Positions 26,229-39,255 of a stretch of DNA of 64,000 bases are shown here, in pieces. The stretch is from Chrysomallon squamiferum (lineage: Eukaryota; Animalia; Mollusca). A model generated the notes under the pieces. That model ran no database searches. It was not told the DNA's origin and saw nothing but the letters and a program-made list of their open reading frames with translations. Position numbers and translations under genes: made by a program. The stretch is taken from contig CM022674.1 in the NCBI GenBank assembly GCA_012295275.1, positions 14,136,001 through 14,200,000 on the forward strand, given 5' to 3'. Within the stretch, counting starts at the first letter, position 1; every line of letters begins with the position of its first letter.

Positions 26229-26456
26229 GCCATTAAAAACTGACCACTGGTCATCCCACTGCTACCGCCATTTGATCACTGCCATTTACAATTCATAAAT
26301 GTGCATCCGTCGTTTAGCGTCGCCATTTCGAGACCGAACACCATGGCAACCAAATATTTTAAAAGCTCTGTCGAGTTCAAATGTAGCTGAATGAATGTTA
26401 TTGCTTTGAGTTAATGAGTAATAACAGTTCATTTGTGTGGTTTAGTTCGTATAAAT
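26229..26456 (+). promoter_or_regulatory. Putative promoter of the Gly/Tyr-rich gene: GCCATT cluster plus TATA box
   Basis: TATAAATA at ~26450, about 80 nt upstream of the ATG at 26531. Four GCCATT cores at ~26229, 26267, 26281 and 26322. Palindrome TGACCA-C-TGGTCA at 26241-26253. Confidence 0.5.
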
Positions 26457-26530
26457 ATGAGACAGGAAACTTCATTTATTTATCTTCATTTCTGTCTTCG
26501 TTCTTCAGCTGTCAGACATCTTGACAAATC

Positions 26531-27395
26531 ATGAACGTGAGTATTAACATTTGTCTTTGAAAACGTAATATTAAACTCTCTCTCTCTCTAAACAAAACTT
26601 AAATCTCGACAACTTTTCAAGATATATGTGTTTCAGTTTGCTATGCAATTTACATTTTATTTAATATAATAAGTAAGATTTCAATTTGTTTTACCATAAA
26701 AATCGAGTTAGTACGTTTATTTTAATAATTAAATGTAATAGTTAAAGTGCGTAAACCAATGTATGCTGAATATTGTATATTCATCTTGTTGTTTTATAAT
26801 GATTTTGATTATCATCATCATTATTATTTCAGACAATTGTTTCTATCGTTCTTGTGGCTCTGCTGTGTTGCTCCGCCTTCGCTTCTAATTATGGTTACCA
26901 AGGTTACGGACACGGTCTTGGAAACGGTTACTATGGACACCCTGGCTACCAAGGTTACGGACAAAACGCTCACCCAGTTTATGGTTACAACAGTCACCCA
27001 GTTTATGGATACAACAGTCACCCCGTTTACGGATACAACGCATACCCAAGATACTACAACGGCGGTCACCCCGGATACGGATACGGCAAAGGTAGATTAG
27101 AACATAAAAACTAAAATTAAAAACAGAAAAAAGAAAAGGTATCTTTATTTCCATCTCTCTCACTTATTTTTTCTGTTTTTTCTTTCTTTCTTTCTTTTGC
27201 AAATAGTAATAAACAGATTTATCGTGACTGTAAGAAAATCATTTTTTTTATACTTCTTATTCAATGTTCAAATAATTAAAAAATAGATGAATAATAATTA
27301 TTATTATTATTATTGCAGTTTACGGATACCGTGGTTTGAACTCGGGTCTTGGATTCAGAAACGGTCTTGGTCATGGTTACGGATACGGGCATTAA
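26531..27395 (+). CDS. Secreted Gly/Tyr/His-rich structural protein (shematrin/prisilkin-like composition), 113 aa
   Basis: Exons 26531-26536 (ATG AAC|gtgagt), 26833-27091 and 27319-27395 (342 nt). Signal peptide MNTIVSIVLVALLCCSAFA, then GYQGYG, (HPVYGYN)x3 and ...GLGHGYGYGH*. AATAAA at ~27472. Confidence 0.88.
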
Positions 27396-28588
27396 TAAAC
27401 TTGATGACGTCATAGTTATTCTAGTCAGAGAAAACCGTAGTTATGCTTGTAAATGTGTCGAAATAGAAAACAATAAAATCTTTTATACTTACGTAGACAT
27501 TTGTTATCCTTATATGAAGCATACAAATAAATACAATACACATACGCACACAAACACATGCAAGAGAGAGACAACAACAAATTTAATTTTTATCTTTATA
27601 TCCTCGACATTAAAAGTGACATAGTCAAAATGCAGGTGTATTATTTAAAGGTATTAAATGCTTACAAAGTAACACAAATGTGTACAATATATTAAAGTAA
27701 TAAAATATTTAATCATTATTAAGGCCGATATTTTTTTTTTTTTAAATAACCAGTGATAAATAGTTCCAATAATGTTTTTTTTTTGGGGGGGGGGTTTCAA
27801 GTCTAAACACAGGAAGATGCAAAGGAAATAAATATAAATATAATAATAATAATTAAATAAATAAAAAATATATAAAAGAGACTGAAACTCCATGAAAATA
27901 AAAATTCAATAATATATTACAAAAAGAAGCCATGACACCTTTTATAACTTGTAATATACTAACAGAATGAGAACAGTGATAACAAATTTTACAGTGACAG
28001 ATGCAAGTACAATTAAACACAACTCAATGAATACACAACATACCTGACAGAAAACCATTTCAAGAAACAACACTGGTGATAATCACACAAAATATGTTTA
28101 ACATTAATTAAATTTGAAATACCCTGAGGTAAAGATGAATTAACTTGTTAAATATTGCTTATTTTTAATTTTAGCATTTTTGAATTTTAGAAGACTTTCA
28201 ATATCAAATGTTAACAATCAAGTTTACAAATGTTTACACTGAAATATTAAGACACTAAAACAATCCTTTTTGTTATTTATTTTTCTTTCACACCAAAAAC
28301 TAAATAAATAAAATAAAATAATAAAAAGATTTATTAGTCTGCATATGAAGATAGAGATATGAACTGCTGATCAAACAGGCAAGTATAAACATATAAAGCT
28401 GATTTCAAATGCATGAGAAAATGTAATGAATCAATTTTTAGTAAAATACACAAAGATTAAAACTCTTTAAAGCAGCACCTTTATAATCTGAAAATACAAC
28501 ATGTATTTCAAGAAATGGAAACATCTTCACTTCATTTAGTGAGTCATAATTAACAGAATAAAAATCAAATCATCTTTTATAACCCATC

Positions 28589-28662
<74 letters not shown>

Positions 28663-29679
28663 ACATAAATAGACTGACAAATGCATATGATTGTTTTATT
28701 TTGATTTTACAGGAAGTAGGTATTCATTCACTCACCAAAACCCTGGAAAATGATAAAACTTGATGGAGTGACTGAGAACAAATCTTTAAACCCCAAAATG
28801 CACACACAAAACAATAAACACATCGTAACACAAACAAAATGACAAGTTATGAAAGACTAAGAGCAGTAACGTCACACACACAGTAATATGCAGTTTCTTA
28901 GAATCAGGAATGAAGCTGATCAAGTAAACTTTGTATTTAAGTAATAACAACAACTAATAATAATTAAACAAAAATTAAATGCTTATAATAGATTTTTCTA
29001 GTGTGTATCTTAATGACAGGATAATTTATAAATAATATGTAAATGATAAAATGTTAATATTAAGCCTCAAATTGATCATGAAAGAGTATCATATCCATCA
29101 AGTTTTAAAGAAACATTTTTTAAAAATGTTATGGCACCATTAACCAGATAACTATGATCAAAACATAGTTTACATCAATATTGTTATCATCACTTAAAAA
29201 CCAAAATATCAACAATATTACACACACCTGTAACAGAGATGAAGATTCACTGATTGGGAGTGTAGATATATTTATTATCAATAAATTAATTTTGAGTAGT
29301 CATCTTAATCAATTCTGAAATTATGCACTTATGTTGATAAATGATCTCGTTTTCTGACATAAATTTTAAAATTATGGATTAAAAAAGTCTGAAGATGATG
29401 CTGACCGTTGTATTGAAAATTTTTTTTTTTTTAAATTAGAAAATAAAAATCTGATATCAGAACTTGTTTGTCCACCACACAGTTTCAGTCAGATGTTACA
29501 AGTTTTTGTCTGAACAGTCACATCTATGATTTGATAAACTGAAACCAAAAATACTGAGTTACTTGACTGTGGCACTTTATAAAACTTACATCCTCACTGC
29601 CAGCAGCAATCTGAGTGATTCTCAGTTTTATAATAAAATTAATACTCATAAATATAATTAAATTCTACAGACGTTATGG

Positions 29680-29895
29680 ATCTAATGCATATTCATATGA
29701 CAGTACCAGCATTATGGATGTAATATATATTCATAAGATAGTATCATTATATGAATGTAATACATATTCAAAAGACAGTACCAGAATTATGAATGTAATA
29801 CATATTCATAAGACAACAACAGTTTTTTGTGAATGTAATTCATATGAATAAAATGCTAGATTGAATACAAATATTAAACCACTATTCATTCATAA
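29680..29895. repeat. Degenerate ~35-40-bp tandem repeat with an internal near-palindrome
   Basis: Recurring TTATGAATGTAATACATATTCATAAGACAGTACCAG-like units. Confidence 0.55.
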
Positions 29896-30938
29896 GTTAC
29901 ACATCTTTATGAGATTTTCTAATTTAGAATGTTTTATGATCTAGCTGAAGACTGAATAATTAAAAAGAAATATTGATTATACAGCAATCAAACACATATA
30001 TTACATATTTAAATGAAGCAAATAATACATGTTTTGTTTCTGATATGTAAAAAAGCTGTAAATGTATTTATTTTAACCCACTTTTATTTATAGTAATGAA
30101 TTGTAACTGTGATAAAAATTAATCAGACATTTATATATATATATATATTAAAATGTTATTTAGAGAAAGTATGGGTTAGTGATATTTGTACACATCCTAC
30201 AGATACTCCAATGAAATATTTCTTTACTTTGCATAGCTAGAAAAATACTGTTTTATAATTATACGTACATACAAACACATTTTTTCAAAAATTAAATGAT
30301 GTAAATGTTTTTTTGTTCATACAGTAATGCTTCATCTTTAAGTTAATGTATATATTTCATTTATTTTCACTTTTCAAAAGTCATAAATATATGTATTTTA
30401 AAAAGAATGAACCATAAATAAATGGTAAAAAAAAAAAAAAAAGTAGTAACATAAAATAATTTGTCAAAGAAAAAAGAAAAAATGATTAAGTTTAACTACA
30501 ATAAACATGTATGAAATGAAGATTTCTTTAACAAAAACAAACCCCACACATTTCTGTATGTTTTCTAAATAATTTGTGAGATAAACATACAAATAATAGT
30601 AAAAAGACATTGTTTGCAAGGAGAAAAATAAATTTTTACAAATGCAAAGACAAAAAATACTGGTCTTAATTAAAAATATTTACAAGATTTGACAAAAGAT
30701 ATTTTATGGGTTTTATAAAATCAAATGAATAATCAACTTGATTAATTATTCAGTTCAAAGCAGTGACTTATTTTATAAAAAGTAATTAAAAAACATTATG
30801 TGCTATGAATAAAAATGTTTATTTTGAAAGTTATTTATGTTATATGTTTGTTTTAATTTAGTTTCATATTTAATTAGTCCTACTCAGTGAATCTATGTAA
30901 GTATGTATGTGTGTATTTATGTTGTTGTTATTGTGTAC

Positions 30939-30969
<31 letters not shown>

Positions 30970-31169
30970 CAAATAAGGATGATTCAGAGGTATAGAGAAG
31001 TATGTCTGTGATACAATCAACACTGTGAACAACAATAATAAATATTTATAAGTTAACATCTGTTAATCTTTACCAAATTTTAGCATAAAAAGAAAAATGT
31101 AAAACAGAAGAAACACTTGAGAAAAAAGATGTTAATAAGAGAATTTAATGTTTTAAAAAAGAAATATTT

Positions 31170-32347
31170 TTAAGACGCAGTTAGTCGGTGTCTGTGACAA
31201 TACAGCTGACCGGTCACTGCGGTCAGTCGACACGGAGCTCCAGTCCGAGTGTTACCACGGCAACGAGATGACACTGATGGAGTTGATGCCCTAAAACAAA
31301 AAGTCACAAAACTGATTATTAAACTGCTCAAAACAATCACAACAAATATTTCTATTTTGCTTCTAAATGTAACATATTTATTTTGGTGAAGTGATAAAGA
31401 ACACAAAATTCTATCTTCAGTTTTAAAAAAAAAAAAAAGATAATAGTTTTTAGACAATAATGTTTTGAAAATTACAGATATGTTTAAACAAGATTAGTTT
31501 ATAAATGTACATGAAACAGGAGGACACTTCTTTTTAATGTTTTTTGTATTTTGTATTTTTATAGCTGTTTTAATATACATTACAATTTTTTAGACAGTAA
31601 GGCTTTTAAAGACAAAGTTATATTTATAAAATATAGGTTTCAAATTTACAGACAAAACCTTTAAATACACAGATATACTTAGACAATACTGTTTATAATG
31701 TTTAAATATTAACTGTTACATACTTAAATACTTATAATTCAGAAAGTACAAGTTTGCAACATATAAATAATATTTAGGTATTTTTTAAATACAAAAATAT
31801 ATTTAGACTTATCTATACTGATGATCATTTGTAAATACATATATATATATATATATATTTAGAAAGTAAACATTTATAATTATATACTTATTTTTTGGAG
31901 ATAGTTAAGTTTTTAAATACATATTTAGAAAGTACAAGTATATAAATGTACAGATAGCATTTATAGACAAAGTGAAGTTTTAAATTACACAGATATTTCT
32001 AAAATGTACTAGTATATAAATACACAAATGATATTTTCAGAGATAACAGTTTTAAATAAGTAGAAGGTAATGAGGAGGTGGTTACCTGGATGACTGAGGT
32101 GTGAATGATGTGGGTGTGCGACTTCCCACTGAGTGTCTGTCTGATGATGACAATGTTCTTCTGTCTGGTGATGAGAACATTGTTCTGTCTGGTGATGAGA
32201 ACACTGTTCTAGAGGAACCCGGAAGTTCTCCAAGCTGATTTAGTAACACACGTCTCACAGCATTTATATCCTATAAACATGTCTGGTATTAGTGTTTACA
32301 AACATTTTATACAGCTATAATTAGACTGTTTTTATTTATTAAAATTG

Positions 32348-32427
<80 letters not shown>

Positions 32428-33856
32428 CTGTCTGGTTTTTTTAAAAGTTCTGTCCATTTTTAAAAGTCAATATCTAGTTAAATCTATGGAATTTTATGAA
32501 CCTGGCATCAAAAATCTCTTTAACAAATGGAAAGAAGATCAGAGAGAAGAATGGTTACTATATTAACAATTAAATAAACCAGCTATTGTGTGTTTCTTTA
32601 TTGTTTTATTGAGACTGAAGAAAAAAGACATCACTTTCATATTAATAAAATGTAATGATCTGACTGATATCAAAGAATTTGTTTTTTTGGTTGAAAGTAG
32701 AATGAAACGATAATGTAAACCTAATATGATTTATGAAAATTTTATTTGTTTTGTGTGGAATTATATGGAAAATTAAATGGAAAAGTCTATTTTTGTCAGT
32801 ACGAAGAAAAAGTAAATGTTATCAACATGAGATAAAGAAAGAGAGAAAGACAGAATGTGAGAGAGAAAGAATGAGTGAGTGAGTGAGAGTGATGGGAAGG
32901 AGAAAAAATAAAACAAGGGAGGCAAGAAAATGAGACCAGTGACAGAGAAAGTAAATAAATAAAAAGTCACAAATGTATATTAAGTAAATAATTACATTTT
33001 GTCTGTTTTCTTCAGGTAAATTGTCTTCGTTATCACTTAACTCAGTCTGTTCAGGTGCTGTGGTCACGGCATTTCCATTACAGTTGAGATGAGTCATGTT
33101 TAAACTGCCAGTCACTAGAAACAAAGACATTGACACAACTCATTAATATCAGCCATCACATGAAAATACTTATTATAATCTCTGCAAATATTTCCTCAAG
33201 TTTTATAGCTCTTGTGTTTCATTTATAGAATTATTAGAAGATAAAAGAGAAAGTATCATCATTTTATTTTGTCTTGTCACCACTAACACGGATATATATG
33301 AAAAATGATTAATGGCAGTGCAGACCATCACAGTTTATTTTAAATCCATTTGTGTGTTACTTCAGACATATATTTTAGCAATATCCTGATTATGTGTTCT
33401 TTGAAAAGATGTATTTTAACAATATCTCAATTATTTGTTCCTTGAAAAAATATTTTTTCACGATATTTGGATGACTTGTTTTTTGAAAAGATGTATTTTA
33501 ACATGTTTTTGTGTGGACTCACTGGAATGGTAAAGTCTTCCCAGAGTCTCAGCTAATTCTCTGACTTCAGCAGCTGACAGCGGCTCCACGCTGCTGTGAG
33601 ACGAGAATGAGATTGCTCCAGCAATGTGTCCTGCTGTCCCTCTGTCCTTCTTTAAGTGTCCACTGATCCACGACAGCAGCCAGTACCCTGTGTACATGTT
33701 TTGTTAATATTGTACATCCTATTTGTCTATATAATAAGTTAGAATTTGTTTAATGAAAATGCTCTCTCTCTCTCCACATTACTTTGTGTATGTTAAAAAT
33801 TTATAGATAAAAGAAAGATACAATAGTTGTCTCCCCTATTACCAGGAGTTATTATT

Positions 33857-33954
<98 letters not shown>

Positions 33955-36900
33955 GTGTGAGTGTGTATAAATAATTTGAATTAAAGACATAAAATATTGT
34001 GAAGGACCTAACGAAGTAACTCACCCATGGATGTTGACAACAGAAACGCTGTCATGCCGGTGAAGTCGAGGCTGGTGTTGTAGCTGATTTCTGCTGCAGC
34101 ATTGGAGACGATGATGATCATCAAGAGAAATCTTGACAAGATTGGCAGTCGCAGAAATGCAGCAGCCACAACCATCAGCAGAAAGTAGGTGACGTGAAGA
34201 AAACAGCTAGTTAACAACTGAAGTTTATCATCTGTCAAATCAAATTTATATAAATTAAATATGTTACAGTTAGATATCAAATATAAATATATATTTATAA
34301 ATTTCTGTCTATCTATATAAAGTCAACAACTAGCTAATAAGTGAAGATAGTCATCTGTCAAATAAAATTAAATGTCATAATTGAATAATGACATCATATA
34401 TTTATAAATTTTTGTCTCTGTGTATAAAGGAAAGAAAAATTATAAATAAAAATAAAATAAAATACAAATATATTTCATAATTTGTCATTTAATCTCAAAG
34501 ATACAGTTCATCCTTCCTTTTCTCCAAAGAACATGAATAATGCTTCAGTATCATAGCCTCTTAAAAATACATTTATCATCTTATTTATTTACTGAATGTA
34601 TTTTATGAAACATGCTGTATTTCTCACTGAATGAAATACAAAGATTTTTTAATTGTTATTTGTGAACATAAAATATCTAGTTAAGTGGTTATATTTAAAA
34701 AGCCCTCCACATTTCAGATTACAGTGACTTAGATTTAAATGTTACCTGTGCCTCCGAGCACCTGCGCGAGCCAGCCGATGCGTTTTTCCAGATCTTTCTG
34801 CATGCTGCCGACTGTCTGCATCAGACTGTTGACGGTGCTGTTGATGCGCAGCAGTTTGTCAAACATGTCCTGGTACTGCGACGTCAGCTCTTTGTGGTTC
34901 TTCAGAAGGTGATTTGCACTCTTGTCTGAAAACGTGAAAATAATGAAAATAAATGAAAATATTTATATTTTTTGTTGTTCTGCTTTTTAAAGTGCACTGC
35001 AATTCTAAAAGCTCTGAAGTAAAAAGGTATAGCCTGACTGAAACTTAACAGAGAGAAAGACAGACAAACACACTGAAATAGCTCTGAAACTGGAATTATA
35101 GATAGACAGACAGACATACAGATAGAGAGAGAGATAGATATATAGATAGAAAGTTAGATGGATAGACAGAAAAAGACTAGCAGATTGTCAGAAAACAACT
35201 AAGCCATCATAGTAGTTGTATGATGTATATTCTTACTATTTACATAATTCTGTTCAGATTTTGATTTTGAATATTTTACAACCAATAAATCCTTCTTTTT
35301 ATTATTATTTTAGATGTACTGTAAGTGACAACTTTTAAAACAGTTTACAATGATTCTGTCTTTCTATCCATAAAACAATGAGTTCTTTATGGTATGAACA
35401 GTTAAATTATCATTTCTTCAAACATACCTCTATTATTAGAATAACATTACTAGATGTGAAATCTCAAAGCTTAATACTAGAGAAAAATAAAATGTATCTC
35501 CATAACACTAATTACTTAAAAAACGGTGATGAAAATGAAGTTTGATGATTCCGTTTGCAGCATAGGTTGGAATGTGAAAACAGTTCAGTGAGTGAACTGA
35601 GGAGCACTGATGTTCTGACACTTACTAAGTTCAGATCTCTCTGTTAGTAAGTTAGTATCACTACAAATTACTAACCTAGTTTCTCCAGTGTGTTAGATGC
35701 CTGTCTGTGAATCAGCTTCAAATCATCCAGAATCTTCTTGTTGCTTTCTCTCTGCTGTGTCTCTTGTTTCTGAAGATATTCTGAAGTTGTGTCTTAAAAA
35801 AAGAAAACATTTGACCTTTCTTTATATTTAAACAACTTCGAAAGAGATTCACAAACTGTTTCTAAATAAATTTTCATTTATACTAGAACACCTGAAAAAT
35901 GTACAGCTTATAAAACAATTACAGTTGTCAGAAAGATTCATCTTATTACAATATTTATTAAAACAAAACTTTAGCTAATTTCTGGTTATGTTTTATTTAT
36001 TTATTTATTGATTTTTATTGATTTTTATTGATTTTTATTGATTTATTTTTATTTATTTTAACTTATTTATTAATTTTAAAATTTATTTTTCTAAACTATA
36101 AAAAAGTTCAACAGTTTACAAATTACAGTACAAGTCTTTACAAATTTAAAAAAAAAGAATCACCTAATTTTTGTTTAATGTTTTCAGTCATGTCAGCCAG
36201 TTCTTTGTTTCCAGTGGTGATGAGAGATTTTTCGTGGACGAGTTGCTTCACGTTGTCAGAAATGTGACTGAAGACTTTTTCCTGCGCAGAGCGAAGTGAC
36301 TCGTGCGTGACCAGCAGCTCCTGCTGTGACTCAAACAGTTTTCTAATCGTCTCTGTCGCCATCAAGTGCAGCTGACTCTGTCCTTCCTGGGAGAAACATC
36401 AACATGCTTTAGTTTAACAAAACTTCAACATGTTTTAGTTTAACAAAACTTCAACATGTTTTAGTTTAACAAAACATCAACACGCTTTAGTTTAACAAAA
36501 CTTCAACATGTTTTAGTTTAACAAAATTTCAACATGCTTTAGTTTAACAAAACATCAACATGCTTTAGTTTAACAAAACTTCAACATGCTTTAGATTAAC
36601 AAAACTTCAACATGTTTTAGTTTAACAAAACTTCAACATGCTTTAGTTTAACAAAATTTCAACATGCTTTAGTTTTAGTACATTTCAGGGATGAAATCTG
36701 CATGTGTGTTTATTTTGAATTCCTTCAGTTATTTAAAAATTAACACTGATTTAACCATCCTTTAAATATTTAATATTTGTTGTATGTAAATATTAAGAAG
36801 ACATTTTTATTTATTTATTTACTCACTTAACATCATCATCATTTAGTTAGTTAGTTAGTTAGTTAGTTATTTACTGTAAATCATGATACAAATAAAAAGC

Positions 36901-39255
36901 TGTTTACTGAGCTAACATCACTTTGTTTACTGGTTGTCAGACAGTTTTTGAATGATGATAGTTTAAGAAAGAAAATTTCCTGCGGTTAGAAAAATTTACC
37001 TTCAGTTCCTTCATCACCTCCATTTGTCCATGGGCAGAGCTGACGAGCTTGTTCACTGTGTTTTCTGTCAGTCTGCGGAACTGCAGCTGCTGAGTGGCGT
37101 AGCACATCGCCCGCGCACGGTTGCTCACTATCTGATACGTGTTCCACGTTGTTGCATCCATCGGCTTCGTACAGTCAGCCAAACTCTGAAATTATTAAAA
37201 AATAAAAAAGTAAAACTTTCAGTCTGAACTGGAAACAGAGAAAATTCTGAAATTATTAAAAAATAAAATAAATTTTTCAGTCTGAACTGGAAAATGAGAA
37301 AATTCTGAAATTATAAAAAATAAATAAATAAATCTTTCAGTCTGAACTGGAAACAAAGAAAATTCTGAAATTATTAAAAAATAAATAAATAAAACTTTCA
37401 GTCTGAACTGGCAAGTTTTACTTGTAATAATATTCTGAAATTATAAAAAATAAAGATTTTAGTAAGAACTGGAATGTAGCTGTATGCATACTTGTTTTCA
37501 GGTGTAATATGAAGTGTTTCAATTAGGTATTATTTGATTTGAAATGATAATTATTTAAAACAGGCTACAAACTAATTACTGAATGCACAGATTTGTTCAA
37601 GTTCAAATGTTTTTTTTTTTCAATTTTATGAATAATAATTTATTTTATTTCAGCTGATATTCTTCAAAATCTGGCATATAAAAAAAACTGAAATCTTTCC
37701 AGATTTAATAACAAATAGCAAATTAGATCTGTTAAAAGAAATAAGATAATATTTTCAGCTCTTCTAGAACTAAATAAATATAATATTACATCAATATAAA
37801 GAGTTTCGAAACTGAAATATTACAAATGTAAAGTTAAAAGTAAAATGTTATCAAAGCTGTTTGTTACACTGAGGTGGTGGACTGGTGACGCTGAGAATGA
37901 ATTCGGTAGAGATGTGTGGAGATATGCTTTCACTTGACATTTTTGAAATGCAGATATTGGAAAAACAATTTTAATGACTTCTGAACATTATATTTAATAT
38001 TATTTTGTGATTAAATATGTTGCTATTTTATATGAATTAAGATAGTTGCAAGCATGTCAGGTAGAAGTATTAACTATGTAGATATATATATGTCTCTAAT
38101 ATTTATCTATAATAATAAAACTGGCTTGGACCTAGAATATTCGGCTACAAATTTAAAATTTAATATGGTGATTTTCTTTGGATGGATATCTCAACTGGTT
38201 AAATGGTCTGTTGGTAAAGACAGTTGTTATGGTTACCATTTGCGATGTGCAGGTGAACACTGGTCTGTCCTCTGCTTCTGACTGACAGTTTAACAGCTGA
38301 ACAGACAACTTTCCCAGGTCCTCCTCTGTCAGATCTCCACATTTCTTCTGCAGACTGTACACAACCTGAGACAGAAATCAGATTTAATAAAACACATTTC
38401 TTAAACAATTATAATTTAATACAGACTGAACGCTAGTTTTATTATTATGCTTTTCAGAAATATTTAATTCAAAAGGACACTGACAGAAATGTATACAAAA
38501 GCTTGTAGCTATGTCATTATTTTATTACAATAGTTATTTCAGTTAATCTACCCAAAAGAATATTATTCAACTCTGAACTTATTTTATCATTACTCCATAT
38601 TGTCAGCTTCTAACACGTCTTCTACTTATATTTAATATCAACAGTGCAACACATATTCATTTCAATTACACTGCCTATCAGTATCACTATCAAATGCATT
38701 AATTGATTAAATGTTGTTATACAATATAAAGAAAATTAAAATAAATTATAACATAAATTATGATTCTCTTTTTAAAGACCAGCTTTAGATATTATACATC
38801 ATTTACTATGATTTAATACCAAATAATGTGACATATTTTACATTTTACAGATACTGGACTTGGAATATATTATATAAAATAGTGCTGTCGTTTAGCCAGT
38901 TGCTGGTTGAGTAACAAAGACAACAAAGACATTAACTTCAATTTTAAGTTGTAAGATTATTAGGATTAGAAGAGTGGATTCAAATTGCTCGGATTTTGTT
39001 GTTCCACACATTAAACTAACAACATACCAGCTGATAACAAGTGTCTAGAGGTGTCAGTTCTTTCAAAGTTTGTGCAAAGTCTAAAAACTGTTCGTCTGTG
39101 GATAACACTTCGAATCTAATACCCGATTTTTGAAAAGGAGGGTTTTCTGGCTGTTTGTCATCTGATCCAAATAACCATTCGAGAACTGCAAAGCACGAAT
39201 TGATTTTAAAAAATAAAAATATAGCGCCAATAAAGAGATGCGCTTTGACATACAT
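31170..39255 (-). CDS. bmb: Protein brambleberry (Kar5/GEX1/Bmb nuclear membrane fusion family), 11 exons, 619 aa
   Basis: Exons 39255-39028, 38365-38237, 37185-37000, 36386-36164, 35792-35676, 34925-34746, 34231-34025, 33687-33523, 33114-32996, 32270-32086, 31290-31170 (1860 nt, phases consistent). Signal peptide; Cys-rich domain (LDTCYQL..C.DLTEEDLGKLSVQLLNCQSEAEDRPVFTCT..LADCTKPMDATTWNTYQIVSNRARAMCY); coiled coil; TM segments; C-terminal CRGNTRTGAPC..YCHRH. Confidence 0.93.
36396..36676. repeat. 26-bp minisatellite (~11 copies) abutting a brambleberry acceptor
   Basis: Unit CATG(C/T)TTTAGTTTAACAAAACTTCAA, starting about 10 nt from the acceptor at 36387. Confidence 0.93.
37186..37472 (-). 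repeat. ~60-bp tandem repeat (5 copies) containing the brambleberry exon-3 acceptor
   Basis: On +, CTGAAATTA(T)TAAAAAATAAA...TTTCAGTCTGAACTGG begins at 37186, 37247, 37305, 37365 and 37435. On -, each copy ends ...TAATTTCAG. Confidence 0.88.
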
